From Zancudomyces culisetae HAW-14-8 (Eukaryota; Fungi; Kickxellomycota), in contig JBNJNM010000012.1 of NCBI GenBank assembly GCA_052426225.1, forward strand, positions 1,116,001 through 1,180,000: a stretch of 64,000 bases of DNA, in the 5' to 3' direction. Each line of letters opens with the position of its first letter. The first letter of the stretch is position 1. Positions 1 through 13,000 of the stretch are shown here, piece after piece. Made by a program: the position numbers and the translations under genes. The notes under the pieces are model-generated. The model saw only the letters and a program-made list of their open reading frames with translations. It made no database searches and was not told where the DNA came from.

Positions 1-500
1 TCAGATGCGAAGAAATGAACATCTCAGGTTCTTTCTTTAGAAACAAGATTAAGTTCAACGGATACCTACGTAAACGATGCATTGTCAACCCATCACGTGG
101 ACCATTCCATTTCAGAGCACCATCAAAGATGTTCTACAGGGCAATTAGAGGAATGATCCCACACAAGACATCCCGCGGAGCTGCCGCATTGGACCGACTC
201 AAGGTATTCGAGGGAATTCCACCACCATACGACAAGCAGAAGAGAATGGTTATCCCACAAGCCTTGAGAGTTTTGAGATTGAAACCAGGAAGAAAATTCA
301 CAACTTTGGGAAGATTGTCTGTAGAATTTGGATGGAAATACAACAGTGTTGTCCAGAACCTGGAAGCCAAGAGGAAGGTCAAATCACGTGCATTCTACTT
401 GCGTAAGAAGGCTTTGGCCAACCTTAACACCAAGGCAATCACTGCCTGCTCTGAGCAACTTGCTCCAATCAGAGCTGAGCTTTCTGCATTGGGTCACTAG
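1..500 (+). CDS. RPL16: 60S ribosomal protein uL13 (L13a/L16), 5'-truncated by the window edge
   Basis: Reads (V)[15 protein letters not shown]...[28 protein letters not shown]...GIPPPYDK...LRLKPGRK, the eukaryotic uL13 signature; the frame is open to the window start. Confidence 0.97.
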   Translation, partial: RCEEMNISGSFFRNKIKFNGYLRKRCIVNPSRGPFHFRAPSKMFYRAIRGMIPHKTSRGAAALDRLKVFEGIPPPYDKQKRMVIPQALRVLRLKPGRKFTTLGRLSVEFGWKYNSVVQNLEAKRKVKSRAFYLRKKALANLNTKAITACSEQLAPIRAELSALGH

Positions 501-645
501 TTAGTTTAGCGCAAAAAAGATAGTTAATATTTTTTTATTTGCTTATTTTGCCAAATAAAAGTGTTTAGTTTTATATACTATAAAAGTCTGTACGCCTAGA
601 GGTATATCTTGTCTCCTCTTATTTTGTTTTTGCTGCTTTGTGATT

Positions 646-2218
646 TTACTCTTGTTTTATCTCGATACCACTCATATTAGTGATCTCATGTCTCTCAAAT
701 GTAGTATTCAGTGGTATCTCTGCACCTGTCTCTTGTAACCTCAACACGGGCCGCGTCTCTTGAACCGAGTTAACAGCCCCAACTCCAATTCCAATTCCAA
801 TTCCACTACTTTTGCCTTTTCCAATTCTAAAAAGTTCGGTCCATTCGTCAAGTGCTCCTCCTATCATCGCCTTTTTTGATACAAATATGTACTCACTTCT
901 ATCCCCCCATGTCACTTTTAGGTAGAGCCTGCTTTCCTCTGGTATCTTGGAATCTCCCTTGGCACGTTTTTTTACAAAAAATATATTTTCCTTGAGCCCA
1001 GGAGTACTCTTCTTTGTGAAACTTGCACTTTTCGCCCCTTGAGCCCTTATCAACTCGAGCCTTTTCTTCATTTCCTTACTAATTTCCTTTTTCTGTTGCA
1101 CTTTTGTGATGTCACTACTAGGTTCCCTTTCTCGTTTGATTTTTTCACTGTTCAGAAAGTTCATTTATTATTTTACTTTAACCATATAATTATTATATTT
1201 TAATGTGCCAGATAAACATAAAAAATCACTCTAGCAGTAAAGATGATTCTAACATGTGCTTTAGCAAATATTTCTCCCAATTCTACTTACAATATTGATC
1301 CAACACTACCCTCGTCCTCATTGTTTCGCTCACTCTAAATTATTTGTATCATTAATCATCGATAATATACCAGTTTCGAATGATCAACTCAATCTCTCAA
1401 GTTTTTTACTTTATCCATACATAAGCAGAATATCATTGATCCAAGCCCATATACCTCCTCCCCCCAAGATTATGAAAATGAGTGTGCTTGAATCATGGCT
1501 ATTAGTCAAGTTCGCTGTAATTGTTATATAAAAATTATGGCTACCTTGATCTTATCATTTGGTCCTCTAATAAGTTTATATTTATGGATTATTGAATGTA
1601 TGCTCTATTCGAAGCTAGTTAATGCTGAAATTTTCTATGCAAACTTACAATTCTATCCCCAGGCATTCGTGGTTCTCTGGTCGAATATGAGATGCGCTAT
1701 TTATTTTGTCGTTATGTTTGCATCTATCAACTCTGTATACTTTCCGCTTTTTTGTACTTGTATTATACATATAGACTAAATGAAATCAATTAATCAAGGT
1801 AATAGTTTTTGAGCACTCGTCTCATGTAATACAGCTTATATTTATTCTTGTAAGTTCAAAACAAAAACTAAATACCCCAAGTTGCAGCGTTTTGTCTGCA
1901 AATTCAGCAAAAAGTTTATCAATCAAACAACCATTTGAATGATTTCAGGCGGCTGAATCGTAAACCACTTTAAGTCAATTTGCATGCATATATACATATA
2001 TGTATGTGTATGTGTAGATATGAATGTTGCATATTTACCAAAACAATAGACCACATTTTGTACATTTTATTGGCAAGAAGTCTAGAAATAACAGAATATT
2101 GAGTAAGTTTGTTCCGACTTGGTATACGAATTGTAGTGATTCTTAGTATGGTGTTACACCTACCATATTTTTTACACCCGTCGTTACTGCAGTTTTCACC
2201 TAGATTAGGAAACTCCAT
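646..2218 (-). CDS. AN1-type zinc finger protein (ZFAND1/Cuz1-like), multi-exon
   Basis: Exons 2218-2164, 2081-2039 and 1696-1649 splice (GT-AG) to MEFPNLGENCSNDGCKKYDFLPIKCTKCGLLFCASHIRPENHEC, a complete AN1 finger. The last exon, 1147-646, carries K.RAKGD.KIPEE.RLYL.V and a ubiquitin-like tail as in ZFAND1. Possible micro-exons at 1566-1545 and 1334-1291 total 66 nt and keep the frame. Confidence 0.8.
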
Positions 2219-3738
2219 TTTTATTATTATTATTGCTTAGTATTTTATCACTTACTCTTTTTTTACTTTTTGCAAATTAATGCTTCAACTGCCACTTGTG
2301 TGTTCGTATATTTTAATTCCACACCTGTCCAATTTTTAGTCCACAAAAGTAGTGATAGAAATGGCCAATGGTAGGCGAAACCTCAATTCAGCCAATTCAA
2401 TTTGCTTATCGAGTTCATTATATTTCTGGATGCACTGCGACTGTGGAAAAGGCAGACCATATCAAAGCAAGTTTTCGATATCACGAATGCATTCGTCTTG
2501 GACCCTATGTCAAGGCTCTATGGATCATAGGTGAAAACATTAACCTTTTTATAAATAGCAATAGTATTAATAAATGAATAAGTGCGAATCGAACCAAAGC
2601 GACGAACAATCATAATAGTTTCATTGAGGTTCTACAAGGCCTCTACAAAGCTGTCATCCGCAAAAAACAAACGGGTATTTTCATATCGAGTTGCACTCCT
2701 TGGCGCTGTGTCTTGTGATTTTTAGATTTTTCTTTTGACCTGATATTTACTCCCAACTAACAGATGTTGGTAAAGTATGAATGAGTAGCTAACGGAACGA
2801 GTAAAAAATATAATAAACCTCTCCAGAACTTTGAACTGGTTCAATCGAGAAAACGGATAATAATAGAAACATAACTAAGGTTCAAACAGTGCACGTCAAT
2901 GCTCGTGATTTGTAAGTAGTGTGGTTCATTGTTACCTAACTCGATTCCTAATCGCATAAATGGTATGTAATGGGTATGTAATCCAAAAAGTCACGCTGAC
3001 TTATTTTAAGATTACCATCGCCAATAAACGGTATTTTTTTCCCAACTTTCACATATAAAGAGAAGGCATGGAAATAGCCCATTATTTAGCCAAAAGGCAT
3101 TATCTAATCGTCTTCAAGGACTCAATGGCGTGGAGAAATACGAAAAATGAAGTGTAAACAGATTTTATATGGTGACTTTTATCAGAGATAATTTTGCTTT
3201 CGCAGTAAAGCTCAGTAAATGAAATAAAGACAACATTAAATTGGATGGTGAAAAATTACTTAATACCAAAATGGATTTGGCAAAAAATATGGTGATGTTT
3301 GCTCCAATAAGGAATTTAACTATCTTTTTTTCCTTAGGTCCAGTCTGGCCAATATAATTCCTACAAATATATACACTTCTTTGTGCATTTGTTTCGAGCA
3401 AATTGATAGAGAAAGGTGGAAAACCTTTTTATTGTTTATGCTTTATAGACAGCAAATTAAATTAAGACATTACAAAAAAATTTGTAAAGTCGTAGTTAAA
3501 AATAAATCCGTTAAAAAGCCCAGTTTGCTTAAAGAAATAAAAGAAAAAAAGAAAAAAAAACAGGTATATAAACACAACCCAAGTTTGAGGTAGTAATCTT
3601 TGGAAACAACGTTCTGCATTTGTATCGCATCTGTTAGCTTTTTCTAAATTTTTTAAACTAGTATTTACTTACGGGTAACAGCGGAAGCATCAGTACCAAC
3701 TGCTTATTATTTGGTTGCATATACACTTAGGAGATAAA

Positions 3739-5051
3739 ATGAAAGCACTTATTTTGGTTGGAGGTAAGTAGCAGCTTTTTTCAAAAAGCTACTATATATA
3801 GGCGCTGTTGACCGCCAGAAAATCTTCGTTTATTCGATCAAATAGGAAATAACTAATTAATACTTGAAAATAGGATTTGGAACAAGACTTAGACCCCTCA
3901 CTCTATCTAAGCCTAAGCCCCTTGTAGAATTCGCCAACAAGTCGATTATTTTACATCAAATAGAGGCACTAATTAAGGTATAGCTTCTTTCTTATAAAAC
4001 ACTCTGCTTTTCATGTTCTTTTTTTTTTTGCTTAAATACAGCAACCAAGCAACAAAGTATGACAAAATAATACTCGTATACAAAATAGGTTGGGGTGAAG
4101 GATGTAGTTTTGGCGGTAAACTATCGACCAGAAGTGATGGTGTCAGTTCTCAAAAAGTATGAAGAGGAATACGGAATAACCATAACTTTTTCCGTGGAAA
4201 ATGAACCTCTCGGAACAGCCGGTCCTCTTGCACTGGCACGTGAGGTTCTTGGAAAAGATGACTCGCCGTTCTTTGTTCTCAACTCGGATGTGACCTGCGA
4301 GTATCCATTCAACGAGATGGTTGAATTCCACAAAGCACATGGCGGTGAGGGTACTATTTTGGCCACAAAGGTTGAAGAGCCATCTAAATATGGTGTAATT
4401 GTCACAAAACCCAACAGCACAATGATAGACAGATTTGTCGAGAAGCCAGTTGAATTTGTTGGTAACCGCATCAATGCCGGAATTTACATTTTCAACCCAG
4501 CCATCCTCGACAGGATTGAAGTCAAACCCACTAGTATAGAACAAGAAGTATTTCCGGCCATGGCTCGTGACAATCAACTCCACAAATTGGATCTTGAGGG
4601 CTTCTGGATGGATATTGGCCAGCCTAAGGATTTCTTGACTGGAACTTGTCTTTATCTGTCATACCTTGCTAAAAAGACACCCGAGCTTTTAGTATCTCCA
4701 AGTGAAAACTATGTTCATGGTGGAAATGTCCTGATTCATCCAACCGCCAAGATTGGTTTTGGATGTAAGATTGGCCCAAATGTAACTATAGGCCCCAACG
4801 TGGTAGTTGGTGATGGTGTCAGGTTGCAACGATGCGTAATAATGGAAGGCGTTCATCTAAAGAGCCATGCTTGTGTCAAAAACTCTATTGTTGGCTGGCA
4901 CTCATCCGTTGGCTCATGGTCCCGCCTCGATGGTGTCACTGTTTTGGGTGATGATGTGCATGTTGCGGATGAGGTTTATGTGAATGGTGCCTTTGTACTT
5001 CCACACAAATCCATTAGCTCAAACATCCCTGAGCCAAAAGTAGTTATGTAG
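3739..5051 (+). CDS. PSA1: Mannose-1-phosphate guanylyltransferase (GDP-mannose pyrophosphorylase)
   Basis: Exons 3739-3763, 3874-3977 and 4089-5051 give [31 protein letters not shown]...[12 protein letters not shown]...FVEKP...[11 protein letters not shown] followed by a hexapeptide beta-helix. Confidence 0.97.
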
Positions 5052-5439
5052 TTATTATCGCTTTTATTTAGATATTATTTACCCTTGCCTTGATTCATGT
5101 TTTTCTCCGTTCACATCTCCCTTTTATCATTTCAGTTTGCAAATAAGAAAAGTTCATATATCTACTTGCCCCTGCGTTTTTTCCCATTTATCAGCATAGT
5201 CAGTTTGGAAAAAAATATTTTTTTCCGGAAAACCCACCTTGGTAATCGGTGAAATACATCCAAAATTAACACCAAACCAAAGCTTTTCAATACTTTGAGT
5301 GCGTAGTACTTTTTACTCTAACTCAAAAGTTATGGGATACAACTACATTGTAATGTGGAGAGAGTATGGTAAATGATGTAGCATTATCTACTAACCAGTA
5401 CACATGATTTATTGCTACAGCCAGTATCGACGCTACCAA

Positions 5440-6620
5440 TCATAAATTTATAACAAGCAGCACCCGGGTATTAATGAATGCGACTGGGAAATAACATAGG
5501 ACCAAATAAGAGGTGTGTTAAAAGACACCCTGAACAACAAGGTGGCTGGGATCGACAGTATATCAAACGAACTTTGGAAACTGGCGCAGGGTGAGCAAGA
5601 ACCGACTTCGCCGTCCGCGATAGCAATATTCAAGAATGTAAAACGAACATTCGAGTCAAGAGAGGTACCTGAGTGGCGAAGCACTAATATTGTGGTACCA
5701 GTATCAAAGAAAGGTTGTTGCACAGACCCTCCCTCATAAATTACAGAGGTGTTTCTCTGATCCCAGCTCATAGTTAAATTAGTAACCAGGATAGTTTCTA
5801 TAAATTTGAATAATGAGGATAAAAGGGCTAGACTGTTAGACAAAGAACAACCAGGATTATAAGTCGTGAAGAGTGTTTTGCATAAGCTGAAACCCTTTAT
5901 GAAACCATAAGAAGACTAAGGCTGGGAAATCAAGAAACTTGGATCGCGTTTATTGACTTTGCAAAAACTTATGATAAAGTGCCTCAAGAGGCACTGCTAA
6001 TCAAATTAAAAACAACTGGAATAAGAGAAAAAATAACTTTAAACCTATAAAAGAAATATACAAAGCACCTAAAATGTGCGTTCGAGTCGGAGAGGAATTA
6101 TCCCATGTCGTAAATTATAACTGTGGTGTTGGATAAGGGTGTCCAATGTCGCTGTTTCTATTTTATGTATGTATTAACGATATATTTAGTGAGATAAAAG
6201 GAGTAACAGTACCTGGCTTACCTAACGTGAAACCTTTAGTACCAACTAGAATACTGGGTTTGCTTTTTGAAGACGACTTGATAGTTTTTCTGAAACGCCT
6301 GAAGAAATGAAAATATCTTTAAATATTATTAGCAACTGGGCTAAAAAGTTTGCAATGTCAGTAAACGCCGGAAGATGCGGAACAATTGGCAACTATCACA
6401 GAAAATACTATTCAATTCAAAATACAACATATAATATCCTGGTCGTTGAGATATATACCTAACTTGGGGTTAATCTTCAATTATAAATGAGAATCTTCAG
6501 AGACGATCAGTATTAAGTAAAAATAAAGCTGAAAAAGCTTTTTTTGGGACTTATTAATTTTAAAAAAAATAATAGTACACCGATTGCCATAAGATGCAGG
6601 TTTATACAGCAGGTTTTGAT
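5440..6620 (+). mobile_element. Degenerate non-LTR (LINE-type) retrotransposon reverse transcriptase remnant
   Basis: RT motifs occur in order across stops and frameshifts: K.AGIDSI..ELWK, VPEW...VVPV.KKG..TDP, NYRGVSLI, LLDKEQPG, WIAFIDFAKTYDKVPQEALLIKL, GV.*GCPMS..LF...INDI, GLLFEDDL (decayed FADD). Confidence 0.88.
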
Positions 6621-9600
6621 ACTGATAGGGGAGTCACCAGGACTGTTACGCGACAGATAAAGTACAAATACTGATATGATGTTCCTGACTGAACTATAGA
6701 ATAGTGACACTTTTAGAGTTTATCGAACCAAAATAGCCATCTGAGATTAACACAGAGCAGAAACGATTCACTTGAACCAACACCCAGTAGGTGTAGAGTT
6801 TCTAGATTAGTGGAGAGAAATTTTATAGGTATTATGTGTTATTTATTTAATAAATTCAGCGTGTAAAACTGAATATACACTCCGTAGAGCTCTTTAACGA
6901 GTAGTTAGTAAAATATGATGAAAAAATTATCTTCTACTACATGCTTACCCCCTTATACTTCATTCCTCCCTTCCTTTTTTTTTGGAGAGAAGGGCGGCAA
7001 TATTATAATCTCACTACTTTAGAATATGATCAAAGTCTCAAAATGTCAAAACTAATTTCATACTCGTATAGCTAACATATTTTTTTCAGTATGAAGCACT
7101 GGTACGTACTAGTATAAACTCAGAAAGGAAACTGTCTCATTTCACAAGGAAATACATACACAACTATCATATAATTTATAGGAACATCGCTTTCTTTAAA
7201 GTAGGTGTTGCAAAGAAATAAAAAAACAAAAAAACAAAAAAAGAGCTCCCGCTAACCAGTATTTAACTCGGTTACTGATGTAATAGGTGGCGTAAGTCAA
7301 ACTAACCTCGCTTACTTTTGAAAAGATAAGCATTTTAAGCCCCCTGGGCAAATAAAATTCTATAAATACCAGTTTCCAGTATTAATAGTTTTTTTTTTTA
7401 GAAAGAATAAAAGTCGATTAGGGCATCTGTTTTTACACAACCTTTGCGCAACCTTTATCATTATTTCTGTTGGTACACACAGCTCTATTGAAGTTTCCCA
7501 CAAATTAGGTTGCAATTAAGAATAATATTAGTTTATAAATCATTTATTTACATCCCCATCCGTGAAATACATGTGAATATCAAAGCGTTTGACGGGAAAG
7601 AACTTTCTGTGTGATGCAACAGGTATTTATCACTATTTCTTATGTTTATTCTTAGCACAGTAATCTTGAAATATTAGCCTGCCCCTATTTCATATACCAG
7701 AATAAGAAAATCATTAGTGGAGTATAAATCAGGTATGGGTTTCAACATGTCTTTGTAGCACAAATGAATTATCTTTTTTTTTGAGTGAATATATAAAGGG
7801 AAGGATTTTTCATCTCCTCTCCCCCCTCTGTCCAAAAAAACTCAAAAACGGCATTAGATACCCAAAAATAAAATCATATATTTTCAAAAATTGAAATCCA
7901 GTATCATTTCAGTTAACCAAGGTTGGGGTTTGTTAGTTCTTAAAATACATTATATTAAACATTCCATAATTTAATTAAATTATCTAAAATTTACTTGAAG
8001 TTGGCTTGCATATCCAAGATAAAGTACGATAATATGTTTTGTCGGGAATCGTTTATGTAAATATGTACTCATACTTTACGACATCACCCAAATTTACTTG
8101 CGCTTTAAAAATTCTTATACCAAAACAAAGTGGATTAAAAATAAAAACATAACAGGCTCACAATTCATGTGCCATCATCAATAATTCGCAGAAGGTTAAC
8201 TTTATTCCCACTTAAGGTCTATCTCGAATTAAGTTGTTCATATGTCTACCACAAAGCGAAATATTTTATAAACGTCAAATCAGTATGTGATGTGTTTACC
8301 AAAATACGAGCACTTAGTATAAAATTACATATGCCAGACTAGTTCGATCTTAATATTACTTACTGCATCTCGTTTTAAGACTCTCTTACCATTTTGAACA
8401 TTTCACTGCAATATCATAAGAGATCCCTTCAGGATATTAGATTACACTCATATTGTTACCCTTATCTCCTTTTAGATACTGACTGCCCCCCCCCCCCCCC
8501 ATGCTGGCTAATATAAGATGGTGGGAAGTTGTGAGATAAATATAGTCATTAACTTAGGAAGTGGAGCGTAGCAAAGCTGATTTTATTAACGCACTTTCGG
8601 AAATAGTACTAGGTTTGTGTCAGACAACTTTGAATTTTATATCTGCTATTTATAGCTTTTTATTATACAACAAATCATAAAGGCAGTTATTGTTATTGTT
8701 TTTCACGTGTTTCTCTACTTTAGATCAATGCATTGTTCAAATTGGTAAATGTAGAATAAAGAAATGGGATTAATATTAAGCTACCACTCTAATGGTGTTA
8801 TCAATACTGGAGCCATTTTCAAAAATAGCAAAAATAAAAAAAGGTTGGTATTTTACGAGCTGGATATTAGTACTGGCTTTTATTACTGGTGGATTGGTAA
8901 TTATGTTATTAAAAAGATCGAAAAGTGAAATAATATGATCCATTTATAATTTTTTTCCGTCTGGGAGGTTTTTGTATACAATCCAATAACTTTTATGCAT
9001 GTATTTCCAACTTGGCACATTTTAACTAAAACGGCCAACAAATTGCACTACATACTAATAATGGGAAATGGAGCAGGTATGAGATGCGCTTGATTTAAAC
9101 TACCAGTATTTTGTACTAAAAAAATGCTAGTGGTGTAGCCAGAAGTTATCCTAATGCCTGCTCAATTTTCACACATATTCCATATTAATTACAAGTCGAC
9201 ACAATTGTTATCTAATACTTTTCATAAGTCTACATACTGCAACTTTAATTCCGCGTTAACAGAAATAGTTAGGCACTTCAACAATGCTTTATTTTTACTA
9301 CTAATTTCGATGAGTAAATAAACTAAGGTTTATCAGGCAAAATTAACGTCTAGAGGTAAAACTCAAAAGTAGTAGCTATTTGGAAATATAAGCCCAGAAA
9401 ACTTTTTACAAAAATGTAATACACTAATAATTGTTGGATGTAGTGGGCTATATGTTTATTATAAGCAGCATTCAGTGTTACAATTGCATTAGAATTAATA
9501 TAAAATTTCTATAAATGGATAGAAATGTTTTGGTAATTTCTAAAATTTCCGACCTTCCCTCTAGATTTATTAGAAATTTTGTCTATTTCAATTTATTATC

Positions 9601-10022
9601 GATATCCACTTTGTCATCAATTCGCATCATTTGTCAAGCATTATAAAATGATGTTTTAAGAAAAAATAGATCACTTAAAGCAACAGGTTATAACATTTTG
9701 CTTCTAAAAATACTCTTTACATAATTTACATAGTAATTTTTGAAGGCGGGAATAAATGACTGGTAATCTAAATATATATTTTATAAAACGGAAAAAAACC
9801 TATACAATGAAATTGTAGAAAATCGGGAAGACTAAAGCTACTTTTATTCCAATACAGGATGTTGAAAAAATTCATAGATAAACATATATATATAGTCATG
9901 TTTGTATCTAGATAATTCATATTCATCATAAGCAAAAAAAAAAGACATTCACATTATTTTGATTCATTTAATTTTAGGCATCAATACTAGAAAGCAAAAA
10001 GCATTTTCATTTTCATAGAAAT

Positions 10023-13000
10023 ATGAGGAAAAACACATTGGTAGCAGGATTAAGCCTGCTGGCCTCCTCCATTGCACCAGTATTTGCTCAAGAAATTGGA
10101 GTAAACTTAATGCGAAGAGCATCAGGCGGAAACCAGAATAGCAGAAGTGTCCAGGACAGAATAATTGGTGGTTCAAGCGCTTCGTTTGATAATTATCAAT
10201 ACATAGCCTATTTTGCCATTTCAGGGAATTCAACATATAGATGTACGGCTGAATTGATAACACCTAACGTGTTGGTCACAGCGGCTCATTGTATACACGA
10301 GACATATACAGTTGAGCGCACAGAATGGAGCAAGATTGAGATCGGATTAGGAAGTATACAACCTATACCAGCAAATACAAACATATACAGAGTAAAGGAT
10401 GTGATTCTACATCCAAAATATGTTCACCAGGCACCATATCGTGATGATGTTGCACTTTTGGTTCTTGACCAGTGCGTGAGCGTTGAGATAGCCGTACCAG
10501 TTGAAGTTGATACAACTCCTCTCGATACAAGCAAAGTATACACAGTAGCTGGATTTGGATACACCGAAAACGACAATAGCGCACAATCAGCTCTAAAAGA
10601 ACTAAGTGTTATTCAAGGAAGACAAGATTATTGTGACAAGTTTTTGGCGAGTGACAGCGCAGAAGGTAAAGTTTTTTGTGTTGGAGTAACATCCGGAAGT
10701 ACTGTGTGTCTTGGTGACTCAGGAGGTCCTTTAACAGGAGCCGACCACAGGACACTTAAAGGTGTATCAAGTTCGTTGGTTACAGTAGGTGCTAATGCAT
10801 GTAACTCTCAAAATACGGTGGCAGTGTATATGCTGATGTCATACTACTGGGATGAGTTTATCTCTAAGCATGTGAACTGCTCAGGACCATTCTGTGAAGT
10901 TGAAGAATGTGGATCCAATGTTAGCACAACTAGTTCTACACCACCAACTGGCCCAACAAGCCCAACTGGTCCAACATCACCAACTGGTCCAACATCACCA
11001 ACTGGTCCAACATCACCAACTGGTCCAACATCACCAACTGGCCCAACATCACCAACTGGTCCAACATCACCAACTGGCCCAACATCTCCAACTGGTCCAA
11101 CATCACCAACTGGTCCAACATCTCCAACTGGTCCAACATCACCAACTGGTCCAACATCACCAACTGGTCCAACATCACCAACTGGTCCAACATCACCAAC
11201 TGGTCCAACATCACCAACTGGTCCAACATCACCAACTGGTCCAACATCACCAACTGGTCCAACATCACCAACTGGTCCAACATCACCAACTGGTCCAACA
11301 TCACCAACTGGTCCAACATCACCAACTGGTCCAACATCACCAACTGGTCCAACATCACCAACTGGTCCAACATCACCAACTGGTCCAACATCACCAACTG
11401 GTCCAACATCACCAACTGGTCCTACTTCACCAACTGGCCCAACAAGCCCAACTGGTCCTACATCTCCAACTGGTCCAACAAGCCCAACTGGCCCAACATC
11501 TCCAACATCACCAACTGGCCCAACAAGCCCAACCGGCCCAACATCTCCAACTGGTCCTACTTCACCAACCGGTCCTACTTCAACCGGCCCAACATCTCCA
11601 ACTGGCCCAACATCACCAACTGGTCCAACTTCACCAACTGGTCCAACATCACCAACCGGTCCAACATCACCAACTAGCCCAACCGGTCCAACCTCACCAA
11701 CTGGCCCAACAAGCCCAACTGGCCCAACAAGCCCAACTGGCCCAACATCTCCAACTGGTCCTACTTCACCAACTGGCCCAACAAGCCCAACTGGCCCAAC
11801 ATCTCCAACTGGTCCAACATCTCCAACTGGCCCAACATCTCCAACTGGTCCAACATCTCCAACTGGTCCAACATCTCCAACTGGTCCAACCTCACCAACT
11901 AGCCCAACCGGTCCAACATCTCCAACTGGCCCAACATCACCAACTGGCCCAACATCACCAACCGGTCCAACATCACCAACTGGTCCAACAAGCCCAACTG
12001 GTCCTACTTCACCAACTGGCCCAACAAGCCCAACTGGTCCTACATCTCCAACTGGTCCTACTTCAACTGGTCCAACAAGCCCAACTGGCCCAACTTCACC
12101 AACTGGTCCTACTTCAACCGGCCCAACATCTCCAACCGGTCCAACCTCACCAACCGGTCCAACAAGCCCAACTGGTCCAACATCACCAACCGGTCCAACC
12201 TCACCAACTGGTCCAACATCTCCAACTGGCCCAACATCTCCAACCGGTCCAACTTCAACTGGCCCAACATCTCCAACTGGTCCAACATCACCAACTAGCC
12301 CAACCGGTCCTACTTCACCAACTGGTCCTACTTCACCAACTGGTCCTACATCACCAACTGGTCCAACATCACCAACTGGTCCAACATCTCCAACTGGCCC
12401 AACATCTCCAACCGGTCCAACATCACCAACTAGCCCAACCGGTCCTACTTCACCAACTGGTCCAACATCACCAACCGGCCCAACATCTCCAACTGGTCCT
12501 ACTTCACCAACCGGTCCTACTTCACCAACCGGTCCTACTTCACCAACCGGTCCTACTTCAACCGGCCCAACATCTCCAACTGGCCCAACATCTCCAACCG
12601 GTCCAACCTCTCCAACTGGCCCAACAAGCCCAACTGGCCCAACATCACCAACTGGCCCAACATCTCCAACTGGCCCAACATCACCAACTGGCCCAACATC
12701 TCCAACCGGTCCAACATCACCAACTAGCCCAACCGGTCCAACATCACCAACTGGTCCAACATCACCAACTGGCCCAACATCTCCAACTGGCCCAACATCA
12801 CCAACTGGTCCAACAAGCCCAACTGGTCCTACTTCACCAACTGGTCCAACATCTCCAACTGGTCCTACTTCACCAACTGGTCCAACAAGCCCAACATCTC
12901 CAACTGGCCCAACATCTCCAACTGGCCCAACATCTCCAACTGGCCCAACATCTCCAACTGGCCCAACTTCACCAACTGGTCCAACCTCACCAACTGGTCC

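Noticed and set aside
2352-3420. Short ORF fragments that might be a pseudogene or transposon relic
   Set aside because: No recognisable motif in the frames I read, so no call can be supported.
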